DNA of 64,000 bases from Ascoidea asiatica JCM 7603 (lineage: Eukaryota > Fungi > Ascomycota). The stretch is taken from NCBI GenBank assembly GCA_001600695.1, contig BCKQ01000016.1, positions 55,151 through 119,150 on the forward strand. Reading direction: 5' to 3'. Both the position numbers and the translations under genes were made by a program. Under the pieces are notes generated by a model. It saw only the letters and a list, made by a program, of their open reading frames with translations. It ran no database searches and was not told the DNA's origin. Shown here one piece after another: positions 13,334 to 26,400 of this stretch (the stretch's first letter is position 1; every line of letters starts with the position of its first letter).

Positions 13334-14515
13334 TCTTGATTAAATATTATTAAATTTTATTGAAACTTATGCATAAGTATTGATTATAATTATATTGATG
13401 TGATTAGTTATGAAAAAATAATAGGGAATATGGATAATACAATATGATATGATTTGATATTATATGATTTGATATGATTTGATATGATATGATATAATAT
13501 GTCTAAAATACTATAATATAATACGAAATGAAATAACTTTTGATATAAAATATAAAAAAAAATTAACGAATAAAATGGAATAAAAGTAATAAAGAAAGAA
13601 CAAGAAAAAGAAGAAATGATTTTTAGAAAAGTATTACAATTGTATAAATAAAATTTTGATAGAAAAAACTTTTTTTTACTTTTAATTTCAATTTAATTTT
13701 AAATTTGAAGATGATTTTGATATTGAGTGTGAAGTAAAGTAACTAAGTAGTTAAATAAGTATGAAAGTGTGAGAGTGAAAAAATAAAAGAAAATAAAGAG
13801 ATTAAAATATTTAAAGGAAAAAGGTATTTAAATATTACGTACAAGTTAAATTAAAATTGAATGATAAAATATCTCTTACAGGTTATTATTCTATTTTATT
13901 TTATTTTATTCTATTTTGATTTGTTTTGCTTTTCTTTGCTTTGTTATATTTTTTTGTACGGTACTGTAGAGATAGGATAATTTAATTTACTTTAAATTGT
14001 GGAGAAATTATTTAATGAAATTTTGTTGAAGAACAGAATAAAAGATAATTCTTTTATAAGTTTAAAACTATACAAACTTTACACCGATATATAAAGGTTC
14101 TTGAATGATAAATTTAACTTAATTAATTTCAATTTAAATATAAACTGAATATAATACAATATGATGGGTTGAAATAGTCTCAGGAATATTTTAAAAACTA
14201 ATCGATTGATGATAAAAAAAACTATCAAAAACAATAAAAAAGCTCATAAAAAATTTGGTAAAATTCAGTTGAATTCAGTTGAATTCAGCCAATTTAAAAT
14301 TAAATTAAAAATGAAGTAAAATAAAATAAAAGGCGTTTCGAGGGCAACCTAGTCTAATCAGGTGACCTATACGTTTAAACTCCAACAGGAGTAGGTGGAT
14401 GTTGGATGCGTAAACGTGACTTTAGGTGCGGCACTTTGGAACCCGATTGCTAGTGGTTTTTGCTTAAAGAATAAAGCTCAGCGAAAAAAAAGGTATTCAA
14501 TTACAGCTGCAAAGA

Positions 14516-14565
14516 CGAGAAAAAACTGAGAGAAGCGAGAAAAAACTGGGAGAAGCGAGAAAAAC
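14516..14565. repeat. 20-bp tandem repeat (CGAGAAAAAACTGRGAGAAG), 2.5 copies
   Basis: Copies start at 14516, 14536 and 14556. Confidence 0.85.
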
Positions 14566-15693
14566 CATGAACCAGCTAAATGATGTAACATTGGGGGAAG
14601 AGAAGAATAGGAAGAATTCAATCCACAGGCAGAGAATTTCTTTTGGGTATTCTATTTTATTTTTCCTTTCTGTTTTCCAGGCTTTTAGTATATTTTATTG
14701 CTTTTCCTTCTGCTGCTCATTCTTTTCTGCGAGGCTGTTGGATGTCATTCTCCCGCCCTTGCGCAGAAGTTGCTTTTGTTTTTGCGCCACTCTTTCCAGC
14801 TCCAGTGAGTGGCGTATTCTCCGTTTTCCGGGGTAACTACTACTAGTTTTGTACTGTCCTGTACTGTTGTAGATGTCGAGCGGATTTTCACTGCATAGGC
14901 CCGTGCGTAACACCCACTGGCTTTTGTGCCGTGGTTGTGCGCAGAAGGTATGCGCTTCACCGTCCAGAAAGTGGAAACTCATCAGGGTGCCCAAGTGTTC
15001 ATCCAGTTTGTTTTCACTTGATTTATCGTAATTTCTCAGTGAAAAATCAATGATAATTTGAATTCTTGGGCGAACAGAAGCCATTCAAGAGCATTTCTTA
15101 CTCTTAATAATCTCAAAAAAAAATTAGAATAGTCACTCCGTACCGCTACTAATGACCTTTAAAGCCCACATATTTCTAATAGTATGACAACAATATCCTG
15201 AAGATTCATATTACTATGGTAGCATATCTGTAATATTTGATTTCAAAAGTTCATTCAACTCTGAGGGGCTTTCAAAGCACAATGACCCCGAAAAAAAAAA
15301 AAAAAAAATTGATGATCATTTCAATAGATCTCAATAAATCAGCTACATTCTATTGGTTTCTCCCTCGTGTCTGGCTGGTTAATATTAATAACTTCTCTGC
15401 TATTTTTCCCATTAGGCAATACAAGTGGAACAGCGGGACTCCCCGGTTGCGGCATGCCCACACATTTTGCTGGCTACACCAATTGTACTACAAAAGTGCC
15501 ATTCTTTTCAAAAGCAATCCAGAACGCAATTTTCAATATACCTGTGGCGCAGCAAGGAAAAATTCTACATCCTCAAATAAAGCGCGCAATATCCTTCCGG
15601 AGCCGGAATCCTTTGGCCGCAACTACCCCACGAAACTCGATAATCGTCAAGTACACGCGTTTTGATTCGTCAGCCGGTTGGGAAATGGCCAAC

Positions 15694-15712
15694 GTGACTC
15701 AGCCTGAGTCAC
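15694..15712. promoter_or_regulatory. Inverted pair of AP-1/Gcn4-type sites (GTGACTCAG-C-CTGAGTCAC)
   Basis: Perfect 9-bp inverted repeat containing TGACTCA and TGAGTCA. Confidence 0.5.
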
Positions 15713-16344
15713 TTGTTTAATCCTGCTACAATTGTGCACACTCCTACTGGAAGCTGCTTTGAAAAGCTGTCAGCTTGTCTTTTTATGCCTACTAATACTT
15801 AATATCTATCAGTTAAAAAGTTAGCTGACTTTGCTTTTTAATTTGCTTCCACTGCTACGGAGCTTTTTTTAGTTGGTCAGCTGGGCTTCAACCAATACTT
15901 GATATTATTAGCGTTGAAAATAAATATTTTTCTAATTTTTATTTTTTTAACACTTTCATTACTGTAAATATTCTTTATTAATAAACATATGGGGTAAATG
16001 TAATCAAGATATTTATTAAAAAACTTCCAGGTGTTAAGCCTCTCAATTAATATTAAATCGACTAAAAATCTTAACTAATCAATCGGGATATTTTCATTGA
16101 AAAATGAAAAAAATGGAATGGTCATAGTTTTAGTTTTTGTATTTTAATATCTAAAATTTTTTAAGAACTGAGAATAAAGTCATCGAATATTAACGACAAA
16201 AACGTTTAAAGTATAAAACTAAGAAAAAGATAAAAATTAGAAAGCAAAATATATAAAGTAAAAAGCAATTTAAAAAGCAAAAAAAAGTAATTACTTATTT
16301 AAATAGAAGAAGTTGAAAGCATTTAAAGAAATTGATGATAATCT

Positions 16345-17919
16345 TTAATAGACATATCTGAAATAAATATTCTTTTTATCCGTAAGATCCATAAATTCAA
16401 TATTTTCTGGTCTTTCTTCATTAGTTTCTTCAATTTTTTTATCTTTCTTTTTATTTTCAAATACATTTGATAAATGTAAAACTCCAAAAGCAACTGTTGC
16501 TGCTACCCATAAAGCAAGTGTAATAATTTTGGCTTCTCTATAATTATTTGAATCATTACTAAATACATGTGGTCCAATGAAATATGAAAGGGCCATTGCA
16601 ACAAATAATAATCCCTGTGTTGTTATTTTTTTTGTATATCCAACAACATTTGATGCTGTTAATCCTAATAATGATGCCATGGTTGTTGCACAATTACCTG
16701 ACAAAATAAAGTATGAAATTAATTGTCCATATTTTCTATAATATGGTCTAACACTTTGTAATCCTACCATTAATCCAATTAAAAAAACTTCAATTGTTTG
16801 GCAACCAACTGCTGTATATGCTCTTTTATTTGTTTTATCTGATAAATAACCAAATAAATTATTACAAATTACTTGAACAAATCCAGATGGCATTGACGAT
16901 AATAATAACGATACATCTGTTGAAAATCCATACTGATAAACAATTTGTCCTGCAAAAACTGTAAAACCACCATTTGGAATTTGGGTTGTGAACATTATAA
17001 AAACATAAATCCATGTTCTATAATCTCTAAAACATTCCCAAAATTGTTCCCATTTGAAAACTGATGATCCCATACCTTGGGAATTATCTCTTAATCTTTC
17101 AATTGCAATTTTTTTCTCAGATTCTTTTAAAAATTTGGCAGAAATTAGACTTTTTGGCATAAATAAAAACATGCAAAGGGTGAAAACAAAAGAAATTGCT
17201 CCAATAACTAAAACCATAACTCTCCATGAATGCATTGGTGTTAAATTTTTTTCTTGTCCATTATATGCTCCATATGCAATTAATGCACCAATTATACTTG
17301 CAAATCCATTAGCTCCAAACCAAAATCCAATTCTTGATGATTGTTCGGTTTTTTTATACCATTTTGCTGTAACTAATGTAAACCCTATTGAAACACATGA
17401 TTCACATAAACCCATAATTGTTCTAATAAGCATTAATCCAGCATATGAATGACAAGCTGCCATACACATCAAGACTATTGCCCATAACATACCAAAAAAT
17501 CCAAGATATGTTGCTTCATCAAATTTTTGAAATAATCTGGCATGTATTGGTGCTCCAACTAAATATCCAGCATAATAAATTGATCCAACCCATGAATAAT
17601 CATCCCCAACTAAGTTATTATCTGTTTTCAATCCCATTAATGCAGAATATTGTAAAGTTTGTTTATCTAAATATTGAACAAACTGTAATCCACATAACCA
17701 AGGTAAAATATGAATATCAATTTTTCTTGCAATTGATTTTGAAGATTCATCAGTAATCTCAATATGTTCATCACCAATAAATTCCAAAACACGATCAGCA
17801 TCCTTTGCTTCGACATGAGCTTGAGATAAAGCAGTTGTTACTGCTACTGGAATATCCTTCATTGCTTCAGGATCTGAAGAAGTTGAACCAGTATCTTTTT
17901 TTAATCCTATGTCACTCAT
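16345..17919 (-). CDS. MFS transporter, anion:cation symporter (Dal5/allantoate permease-like) family
   Basis: 524 aa with multiple TM segments. RKIDIHILP, QYLDKQTLQYSALMGL, YSWVGSIYY.GYL, WYKK.EQ..R.GFW, QIPNGG, SNV.GYTKK, and C-terminal FMDLTDKKN.YFRYVY typical of Dal5-like permeases. Confidence 0.92.
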   Translation of the reverse strand: MSDIGLKKDTGSTSSDPEAMKDIPVAVTTALSQAHVEAKDADRVLEFIGDEHIEITDESSKSIARKIDIHILPWLCGLQFVQYLDKQTLQYSALMGLKTDNNLVGDDYSWVGSIYYAGYLVGAPIHARLFQKFDEATYLGFFGMLWAIVLMCMAACHSYAGLMLIRTIMGLCESCVSIGFTLVTAKWYKKTEQSSRIGFWFGANGFASIIGALIAYGAYNGQEKNLTPMHSWRVMVLVIGAISFVFTLCMFLFMPKSLISAKFLKESEKKIAIERLRDNSQGMGSSVFKWEQFWECFRDYRTWIYVFIMFTTQIPNGGFTVFAGQIVYQYGFSTDVSLLLSSMPSGFVQVICNNLFGYLSDKTNKRAYTAVGCQTIEVFLIGLMVGLQSVRPYYRKYGQLISYFILSGNCATTMASLLGLTASNVVGYTKKITTQGLLFVAMALSYFIGPHVFSNDSNNYREAKIITLALWVAATVAFGVLHLSNVFENKKKDKKIEETNEERPENIEFMDLTDKKNIYFRYVY

Positions 17920-19996
17920 TTTGTTAAAATTTAATATTGATAATATCGGATAGTAATTATTCTTAAAAACTTTATCTTCTTTTGTCTTCCAAAATTACAG
18001 AAGTTTTTTTTTAATAAGTATAATAGTAAAAATTTTAAAGTAAAAAATAAATTTAGGAATATATTTGATTTGAAAGAATTAAGGATATATTTATACGTTT
18101 GGTTGATTGAAATGTTTTGTAGAACTTTTTGTAAATAAAAAACAAAATTTACATAAAAGTAGTTAAAGTAATGAAAATATACTATGATAATTTCTTGATT
18201 GATAAGGATAAACAAAAGTTTGAGTTGTACTGAAAAAAAAGTTAAAAGTTTATACAAATATTTTGGATAAGCATAAGGTTATTAAGAAGGGAATTGATAA
18301 CATTAAACAAGTTAAGTGAATTAAAAAGAATGGGATACTCAATTTTAAAGAAGAAAGATAGAATGATTACGAAAGATGGAGCAGATATAGATAATAAAAA
18401 CCTTTAGAATTATGTCCTTAAGATCATCATGACAGGTAGGAAAGTATAGTAAAATTGTAAAAATTTAAAATTTTTTTTGTTTTGCTTTTAGATAGTTGAA
18501 TTTTTATTGAACAATTATGATGTTTGAAAAATATACGATTTAGAAATATCTGAAAGAACAAGACTTTGGAATTTGATAAAAAGTAATAATGTTAGTAATT
18601 TTACAGTATTGGTACAGCTGTACTATAGAATTCTGCAGTACTGTAATGCTACTGTTCTGTATTTAAAAACTAAAGGTCTTAAGCACCGCAAAGAAGAAAC
18701 CAAACAAAAAAAAGAAACCCTTGAGACAGAAAAAAATAAGCATATTGGCAAGCTCCGTTAAAAACCTAAGACAAAAATGCTGATTCCACATCTGCCATAT
18801 CGATTATCTTAACCTGCTTGCTCCATTTTGCTCTTTTTCACTCGAATTTAGTAACAATATTTTTCATATTTTTTAGCTTCTAAAATAGTTTTACCTCAAA
18901 AAAAAAGTACATACAGTATATTAAGTTTGAAAAATCAACTGAGCTTCCGTATTAACAGTACTGTAACTCCTAATGAAAACTTCAAAATCATGAAGAAATC
19001 AATGGAGAAAACTAGACCCAACACACTTGGAAGATAATTTTACATCAGAGATAGTATAAAATACCCTGTACAGAATGAAATACTGTCATATGAATTTCCA
19101 GTTTTCATCGGGAACTACTTCAACGTTACTTGTAGCTGTAGTATAGTCGTTGTAATGCAACGTCTACAGTAAGGTATGCCGATAAGAAACTTATTTAAAG
19201 TTGAAGATACCTCCGTGCACATTTTTTACTACCTTAAATAATGTAAGTTTCCACTTAATTAATCACTCTCTCGCATACAACCGTTGAAATACCGGAAAAA
19301 TAGAACTTATGGTCAAATATCTGGACTTTGTGAAAATATCGCAAGCAGGTAAATATTTTCAAACCAACAGTAGCTGTAATAGAGATTTAAAAGCAAACTC
19401 TAGCTACCAGAATAATTACCATGGGGAATTAAATGAAGTTTCTTCAAAAATTTCATAAAAATTAAATTCGCACGGAATAGAACACGTGATTAAGCCGCAA
19501 TAACGTACGTGTGTCTAAAAAGGCGTTTTCTACAATTTAGATGAATGCAAATTAAAAAACCTCACCTACATGGGGTTTGGATATTCCCGTGCGGTTTTCT
19601 GCTGGAAAGCGGAGATAGCCGTTGAAACAGATTTTTTTGATTCGTATCGCCATTAGCATATTGATCTGTTATTTAGTATCAATTGATAGGTTCAAGAATT
19701 CTCAATTTGTATTTGGTTTTGCTTGGAATACATTTTATGATTTTTATTGATTATTTATTTATTCATTATCTTTCTACGCAAAAATTGGTTATATTCCTTT
19801 AGAATTTTGTTTTATAAGTTGGTTTAATCGCAATGATATTTCTTGAAAAGTGTCTCTAGGCAACTTTTTATTGAAATTTCTACAAAGAACTCTTTAGATT
19901 TTATCTATTTAAACAAGGAATAAATTTGTAAAGCTTCAATTCAAAAATAATTTGTTTCAGTAATCAGTTGTGTAAACAAAATTATCAACAATCAAC

Positions 19997-20878
19997 ATGT
20001 CTTCATTAACAGCATCGAGTTTATTTAATATTGAGGGCTACCAAGCCGTCGTTACTGGTGGTGGATCTGGTCTTGGAAAAATGGTCACAAGAGGTTTGAT
20101 TGCCAACAAATGTAGTGTCATTATAGTCGATATTATCCCTGAAAGATTAGTTGAAGTTTCACAAGAATTAAAGGAATTGAAAAAAAAATTGTGTATTGGG
20201 GATGAAGTTACAGTTGATACTGTTATCGGTGATTTATCCACTGAAGATGGTTTGAACAAAATAATTTCAGATATTAAATCAAAAACTAAAATTCTTGATT
20301 TACTAGTGAATTGTGCAGGAATCAGAAAAGTTAATCAAATCACTTTCACACCTGGCGAATCTTTAGAGAAATTAGCAAAAGCAACACAATCTGGTATTTA
20401 CTCTGATTGGGACTTAACTTTTAGAATAAATGTTTTTGCTCCTCATTTCTTAACTGCAGGTTTAATACAATTGCTTGGCGAATCTTCAAAAATTGAAAGA
20501 GGAAGAGGAAATGTTATATGCTTTGCCTCAGTTTGTTCTGTTCATAATACTCAATATGTACCATCTTATCAATTATCTAAGGCTTCTGTCGATCATATGG
20601 TTAGAATAATGGCAGCCGAATTTACTGATAAATATATTAGAGTTAATGCAATTTCTCCAGGATTATTTCCAAGTAGAATGAATCCAATGGATATTTCAAT
20701 TCCAGAATCCAACATGCGTTATGCTTTACAAATGCCAGCTAAAAGATGTGGCAGTGAAGAAGAAATGGTTTCAACTGCTTTATTTCTAGCTTCTAACAAA
20801 TATATGGATGGTAGAATTATTAGAATTGATGGTGGTCGTTTGCTTGTGGCTCAAGGTAATATTTCACAAGATGACTAA
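19997..20878 (+). CDS. Classical short-chain dehydrogenase/reductase
   Basis: TGGGSGLG Rossmann motif, LVNCAG, catalytic S...YQLSK, IRVNAISPG, IDGG. Confidence 0.93.
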   Translation: MSSLTASSLFNIEGYQAVVTGGGSGLGKMVTRGLIANKCSVIIVDIIPERLVEVSQELKELKKKLCIGDEVTVDTVIGDLSTEDGLNKIISDIKSKTKILDLLVNCAGIRKVNQITFTPGESLEKLAKATQSGIYSDWDLTFRINVFAPHFLTAGLIQLLGESSKIERGRGNVICFASVCSVHNTQYVPSYQLSKASVDHMVRIMAAEFTDKYIRVNAISPGLFPSRMNPMDISIPESNMRYALQMPAKRCGSEEEMVSTALFLASNKYMDGRIIRIDGGRLLVAQGNISQDD

Positions 20879-21057
20879 AAAAGTAGCAAAACAGTTTTTG
20901 AGATTTTTTTATCTTCACCTTTAACTAGCCAAGACTATTTTTTCATGACTTTTTATACCTATGCATTTCTATACTTTTATTCTTTAAATATACACAGATC
21001 AGTTGACCAATATATATAAAATTCATTATTCATTTATTAATCATTATTTGTTGATCC

Positions 21058-23040
21058 TTAAAACCATTCATTAAATTCGTCAAATACTCTGCAATAAATA
21101 TTACCATCATCCCAATGAGAAGTAAAATAAACCAATAAAGTTTGTACTTTATTGATTGCATCATTAGTTTTTTCAAGATATTGAGAAATAATTTTTTGAT
21201 CATTATCAGTTGCATTATTCAATAATTGCATATCGAAGGTCTGCAAATTATGATTTAGACTTGATTTATAGAGTTTTTTGAATACCAACAAAACCATACC
21301 AACATTAAAAGTTTTTATACAATTTATCCAAATTGATTGAATTGAATTTAACTTATATAAATTAAAAATTTTATAAATAAATTTAATTATATTTGCCATT
21401 GTTATTGAGATCCAAGAATTTTTCTTATTATTGATAAATGAATTTACACATTTTTTACAATTATGAGTAATTATTGGTCCTAAATATCCAAATAATTCAC
21501 AATTATCATTATCATTATCATTAATATTAAGTATTGAATTTTTTTCAATCAAATTATTATTTATGAAATTTATTAATTCATTATTCGTTGTTGAATCATT
21601 ATTAATAAATGGGCAATTATGATATGAATTTTGATAAATTAGAGAGTACAATTTTGATTTATTATTGATTTTTACCAAATTCAAATTATCTTCAATTGAT
21701 AAATTTTTGAAAGTTATAATTTCATTAGGTAGTAAAGATTCCCTACCTAAAGTTAAAGATACTTCAGTTTCTAGTTCATATAAAATTAGAAAGCATTTCT
21801 TTCTCATATCGGTTTGATTTCGATTTTGATTCTGATATTGATTCTCGTCCTGATTTTGAATTTGATTTTGTTTTATATTTTGAATTTTGAATTTATCATT
21901 GTCAATATCTTTATTATACCCATATCTTAAACAGAATCTGCAGCATAAAGCTAAATTATGCCATAAATCTTGTCTTGAAGGTAAATATGTTTCAAATATT
22001 GAATAGAATAATAATATCAATAATGAATCATAAGAGTATTCAGCTAAACAATCTAGAGCCAACTCTTCAGATAGCCATTGTTGTAACATAATTGTTATAG
22101 GATATAAAAACTTTTTTGTTCTCATTAAATGAGCACTTGAAATCGAAATTGATAATAGAATGAATAACTTTTTACGTTGTGGTAAATTTCTAACTTGAAT
22201 ATCAAATTTAAAAAAAGATTTGTCTAAGATTGGGTAAATGGGATGAATCTCAATTATATAATGATCAATTAACAATCTTGTAATCTGTGGAGTTAGCAAA
22301 GATTTGTCGAATTTTGAGCTCAAATTTATATCTGCATCTATATTTGAGTTTGCATGATTGGCATTAATATTCAGATTAGAGTCTTTTTGAGATGAATTTA
22401 AAATCGGAGAAGAGCTTGTATTAAGATGATTGAATTGATTAAAATGATTACTTTTATTACTCAATACGTTAGACAAATCTTTATTCATAAGGGTGGAAGC
22501 CCATAAAGTTATTGCTGGAGGAGTGAATGCACCTAAATAAATTTTATTCTTATTTGATTGAACTAATAAACCCCTTTTCATGCTTATTAAGTCATAGTTT
22601 TTAATTGAGTCATATTTTAATTTAATTCTTTCAATGCTATCGTTATTATTAAGGATACCTTTCTTTTCGGCAATATTTTTTGTACTATCATCACCTATAT
22701 TTTTATCTGTAGACGTAGTAACATAATCATCACCTTTGACATTATTATTATTCTTATTTGTATTGCTTTCTTTACCATTTTTGTCAATGCCTTTATTGTT
22801 ATTATTCAAATAGTTCTTTGAAATGCCTTGAGTATTTCTTTTGAACTTTATGACATTAATTTTCTTCTCTAGATTTAGGATATCGTCATAAAATTGTTTT
22901 ATTTCTTTTCGGGATATAATATTGTCTTTAATATCATAAAACAAACATTCGTTGCCACTTTTTGAACAATTCAAACATGAAGGTAACAAGGAATCACATT
23001 TTATTCTTCTTTTTTTGCATCTATTACAAGTCTGAATCAT
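21058..23040 (-). CDS. Zn(II)2Cys6 transcription factor with fungal middle-homology domain (Ppr1/UaY-like architecture)
   Basis: CNRCKKRRIKCDSLLPSCLNCSKSGNEC; HPIYPILD; RKKCF..YELE..SLTLGRES. First ATG at 23040; the ORF-track start at 23082 is TTG, and an upstream exon cannot be excluded. Confidence 0.88.
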   Translation of the reverse strand: MIQTCNRCKKRRIKCDSLLPSCLNCSKSGNECLFYDIKDNIISRKEIKQFYDDILNLEKKINVIKFKRNTQGISKNYLNNNNKGIDKNGKESNTNKNNNNVKGDDYVTTSTDKNIGDDSTKNIAEKKGILNNNDSIERIKLKYDSIKNYDLISMKRGLLVQSNKNKIYLGAFTPPAITLWASTLMNKDLSNVLSNKSNHFNQFNHLNTSSSPILNSSQKDSNLNINANHANSNIDADINLSSKFDKSLLTPQITRLLIDHYIIEIHPIYPILDKSFFKFDIQVRNLPQRKKLFILLSISISSAHLMRTKKFLYPITIMLQQWLSEELALDCLAEYSYDSLLILLFYSIFETYLPSRQDLWHNLALCCRFCLRYGYNKDIDNDKFKIQNIKQNQIQNQDENQYQNQNRNQTDMRKKCFLILYELETEVSLTLGRESLLPNEIITFKNLSIEDNLNLVKINNKSKLYSLIYQNSYHNCPFINNDSTTNNELINFINNNLIEKNSILNINDNDNDNCELFGYLGPIITHNCKKCVNSFINNKKNSWISITMANIIKFIYKIFNLYKLNSIQSIWINCIKTFNVGMVLLVFKKLYKSSLNHNLQTFDMQLLNNATDNDQKIISQYLEKTNDAINKVQTLLVYFTSHWDDGNIYCRVFDEFNEWF

Positions 23041-23448
23041 TTCGATAACTAAAGTATTATCGATTGCTTGAATGTTGAACAATATTTGTAGCCCTGCTTA
23101 GTGAATAAATATTTTATCAATCTGCTTCCACCACGATCAATGTCAGTTTAAACAAAAAAATATGTCAAAGAGATATTTCCTAAAAATCGCTTCCGACTAT
23201 TCGAGTAAGGCTAGTCCAGATTACGTAATAACACGGGCTGTTTAGTGCTAGATACAAAGAGCGAAGATATTTGACAAAAAATAATAAATAATGGTGAATA
23301 TTAATGAATTAATGGAATCGTTTTTATTAAAATGGAACCAAATTTCAATACTTGAACTAAAAATAAATTGCAATCTTAAAAACTTTGAAAAAAAACTTTA
23401 GGTTTCTTAAAGTATCTATTCAGATCATTTTTCTGGAAAACAAAAAAA

Positions 23449-26400
23449 ATGTTCAAGTACACATCAATTGTACCTCCAGGATTTGATGAAGATCCTCCAA
23501 TATCTGCTTCTTTAATAACTTTATCTGTCAATCAAAATTCAATTAATATATTATGTGATCCGGGATGGGATACAAAAACTAATTTAAATTATCTTGAAAA
23601 ATTATTGCCCACAATTGATATAATTTTATTATCCCATCCAACTTTTGATTATATTGGTGCTTTAGCTATATTATATTACAAGAATTTCAAATTATTTGCT
23701 TTAAAAAAAATCAAAATTTACTCAACTTTGCCAATCTCAACTTTGGGTAAAATTGAAACAATAGAAAAATATAGATTTTCAGGTTTAGTTGGTCCAATTC
23801 TTGGTGCTCCTTTGGAAATTCAAGATATTGAATATATATTTGATTCAATAATAACTTTAAAACATAATCAATCAATTGTTTTAAATATAAATAATATAAA
23901 CATGAATTTGACTCCATTGAATTCTGGCCATACTTTAGGTGGTATAGTTTGGCTAATTAATTTAAATACTTCAATTATTGAAAATCATCAATTAGATTCA
24001 AATAGTTTTTCTCCTGCTTCAAGTACTCAGAAATTTATTTATGCTCCTGCTTTCAATCATTCTAAAGATTCTTATCTTGATGGTGCAAAAATATTATCCG
24101 AGTTTAATAATGATAACATAATTTTCAGACCTCAGGTGTTTATAACAAGTTCTTCTATAGGCTCTTCATTATCTTATTCAAAAAGAGTCAAAGAATTTTT
24201 AAATTTAGTGGATGGTACTTTACATAACGGAGGATCTGTAATTTTACCAATTTCTTTATCAGGTAGGTTCTTAGAGCTTATAAATATTATTGATCAAAGA
24301 TTAAGATCTTTGCCATATATTCCTGTGTTATTAATTTCCAAGACTGGTACAAGATTATTAACTTATGCTTCTTCAATGTTGGAATATATGTCTCAAGAAG
24401 TTATAAAAGAATGGTCAAATTCAAATATAAATATTTTTCCATTTGATTCTTCAAGAGTACAATTAATCTCAAAAGATGAATTAAATAAATTATCAGGTCC
24501 CAAAGTAATCTTTGCAACTGGTCAAGATTTTGAGATCGGTTCAAACTCTCATGATGTTTTACTTCAATTATCTAACGATATTTATAATACTATAATTTTA
24601 ACTCAACAACCCAATCCAAATACTTTAGCTAGTGATTTATATAATTATTGGAAAAATTTTACAAAATTGAATAATAATGGTGATTTAATCGATGGGTTTC
24701 CTGTTCCTTATGAAACTACAATCAATACTTTTAAAATTACCGAGGAACCTTTGATTGGTAAAGATTTAGCGAATTACATCAAAACCTTAAAAGAAAAAAG
24801 AAAAAAGGAAAAGCTATTAAATGAATCTATAATTAAAGAAGAAGAAGAGATTATACAAAAACAAAAGGAAAAAGCTCAACTACAAATAGGAAATATCAAT
24901 GAAAATAATAAATTAAACATCCCAACTAATACTGACTTAATTCAGATTAGTCAAATTGAAGAACAAAAAAAAATAAGTAAAGCAGATAAAAAGCGATTGA
25001 AATTCAACAAAAAAAAAATTAAAATAAGATTAAATGAGCAAGACTATGACGATGATGATGACTCAGATTCAAATCTAGAATATAATAGTGATTATGATTT
25101 AGACTTAAATGATAATGAGTATAATTCCGAGGAGGAATTAAGTGATAAAGATAATGATCAAAGTAAAGATAAGGATATAGTCAATGAGAGATATAAAGAA
25201 AATAGTAATGCTAAAAGAAAAATATTAGATAATAGAAAAAGAAGAAGAATTAGAAATCAATTGAAATTGAATAAACTTCTAAAATATAATAAAAAGAAAT
25301 ATGCTTCTATTTCGAACGAAAATGGTGATGAAAATGACTTAAATTTAATTGATTTAGATGTAAGAGGTTTAAAAAATGGTAAAAATTCAATCTTCCCTTT
25401 TGTTTTTGAGAAGAAAAAATATGATGAATATGGAGAAATTATTAATATTGAAGATTTTATCAATAAGCGTAAGGATATTGATAATTTAAAAGATTCTAAA
25501 GTTGATTCCAAAAGTAAAAATTCAAAGAATGGTAATAATGATAACAATAACAATAACACTAATAACAATAATGATGATGATGATAACAATGATAATCATA
25601 ATAGTCATAATGATAATCGAAAAAACAATTTAAATAATAGGTTTCATAATAATCATGATAGTAATGAGGAAATTAATCACGGTTTAACCTCAAAGGATAA
25701 TAATAAAGTTAATAATAGAAACAAATCTAACAAAAAAGGAGATTCTACAATGTACGAGTTAAATAGTTCAATTAAGCCTAGAAAACAAATTTTAACAAAT
25801 GTTTCTATTAAGGCTAAATGTGGTTTAACATTTGTGGATTTAAGTAATAAAGTTGATTTAAGATCATTAAGTATGATTATTCCGAATCTAAAAATCAAGA
25901 ACTTAATTTTAATCAATAATAATCTAAAAATAAATGAGGAAAATTTCAATTCAATTTTAGATAATTTAAATAGAATTAATAAAGTTAAGGAAGATTTTTT
26001 GATTTATAAAAAAAGAATTAAAGCTACTAGATACAATAATGGAACCAGCAAAGAAATTGATAATAAAAATATAAATTCAAATCCAGGAAATAGTGAAGAG
26101 AAATTATTTGAATTAATTATTGCAAATAACAATGAATCAATTGAAATAAGTAATTTGAATGAAAACTTTGAAGTTCACTTAGATGATGCATTGCTCAAAA
26201 ATTTAAAATGGCAAAAAATTATTGGAGGTTTTTCAATTGCTCATTTATATGGACAGGTCGAGATTAATAAGAATGAAATTAATAATGAAAAACTTATAAA
26301 AGAAGATAAAAACAAATATGACGAATTAAGTAATAGAGAAATCATAAATATTAAGCCAATAAGTGAAAACAAATTGTTTTTCAAAAATAATTTGACCAAT

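Noticed and set aside
14567-15720. Six overlapping 67-142 aa ORFs
   Set aside because: They lie in GC-rich regulatory DNA, occupy several frames and both strands, often start with TTG/GTG, and show no family motifs.
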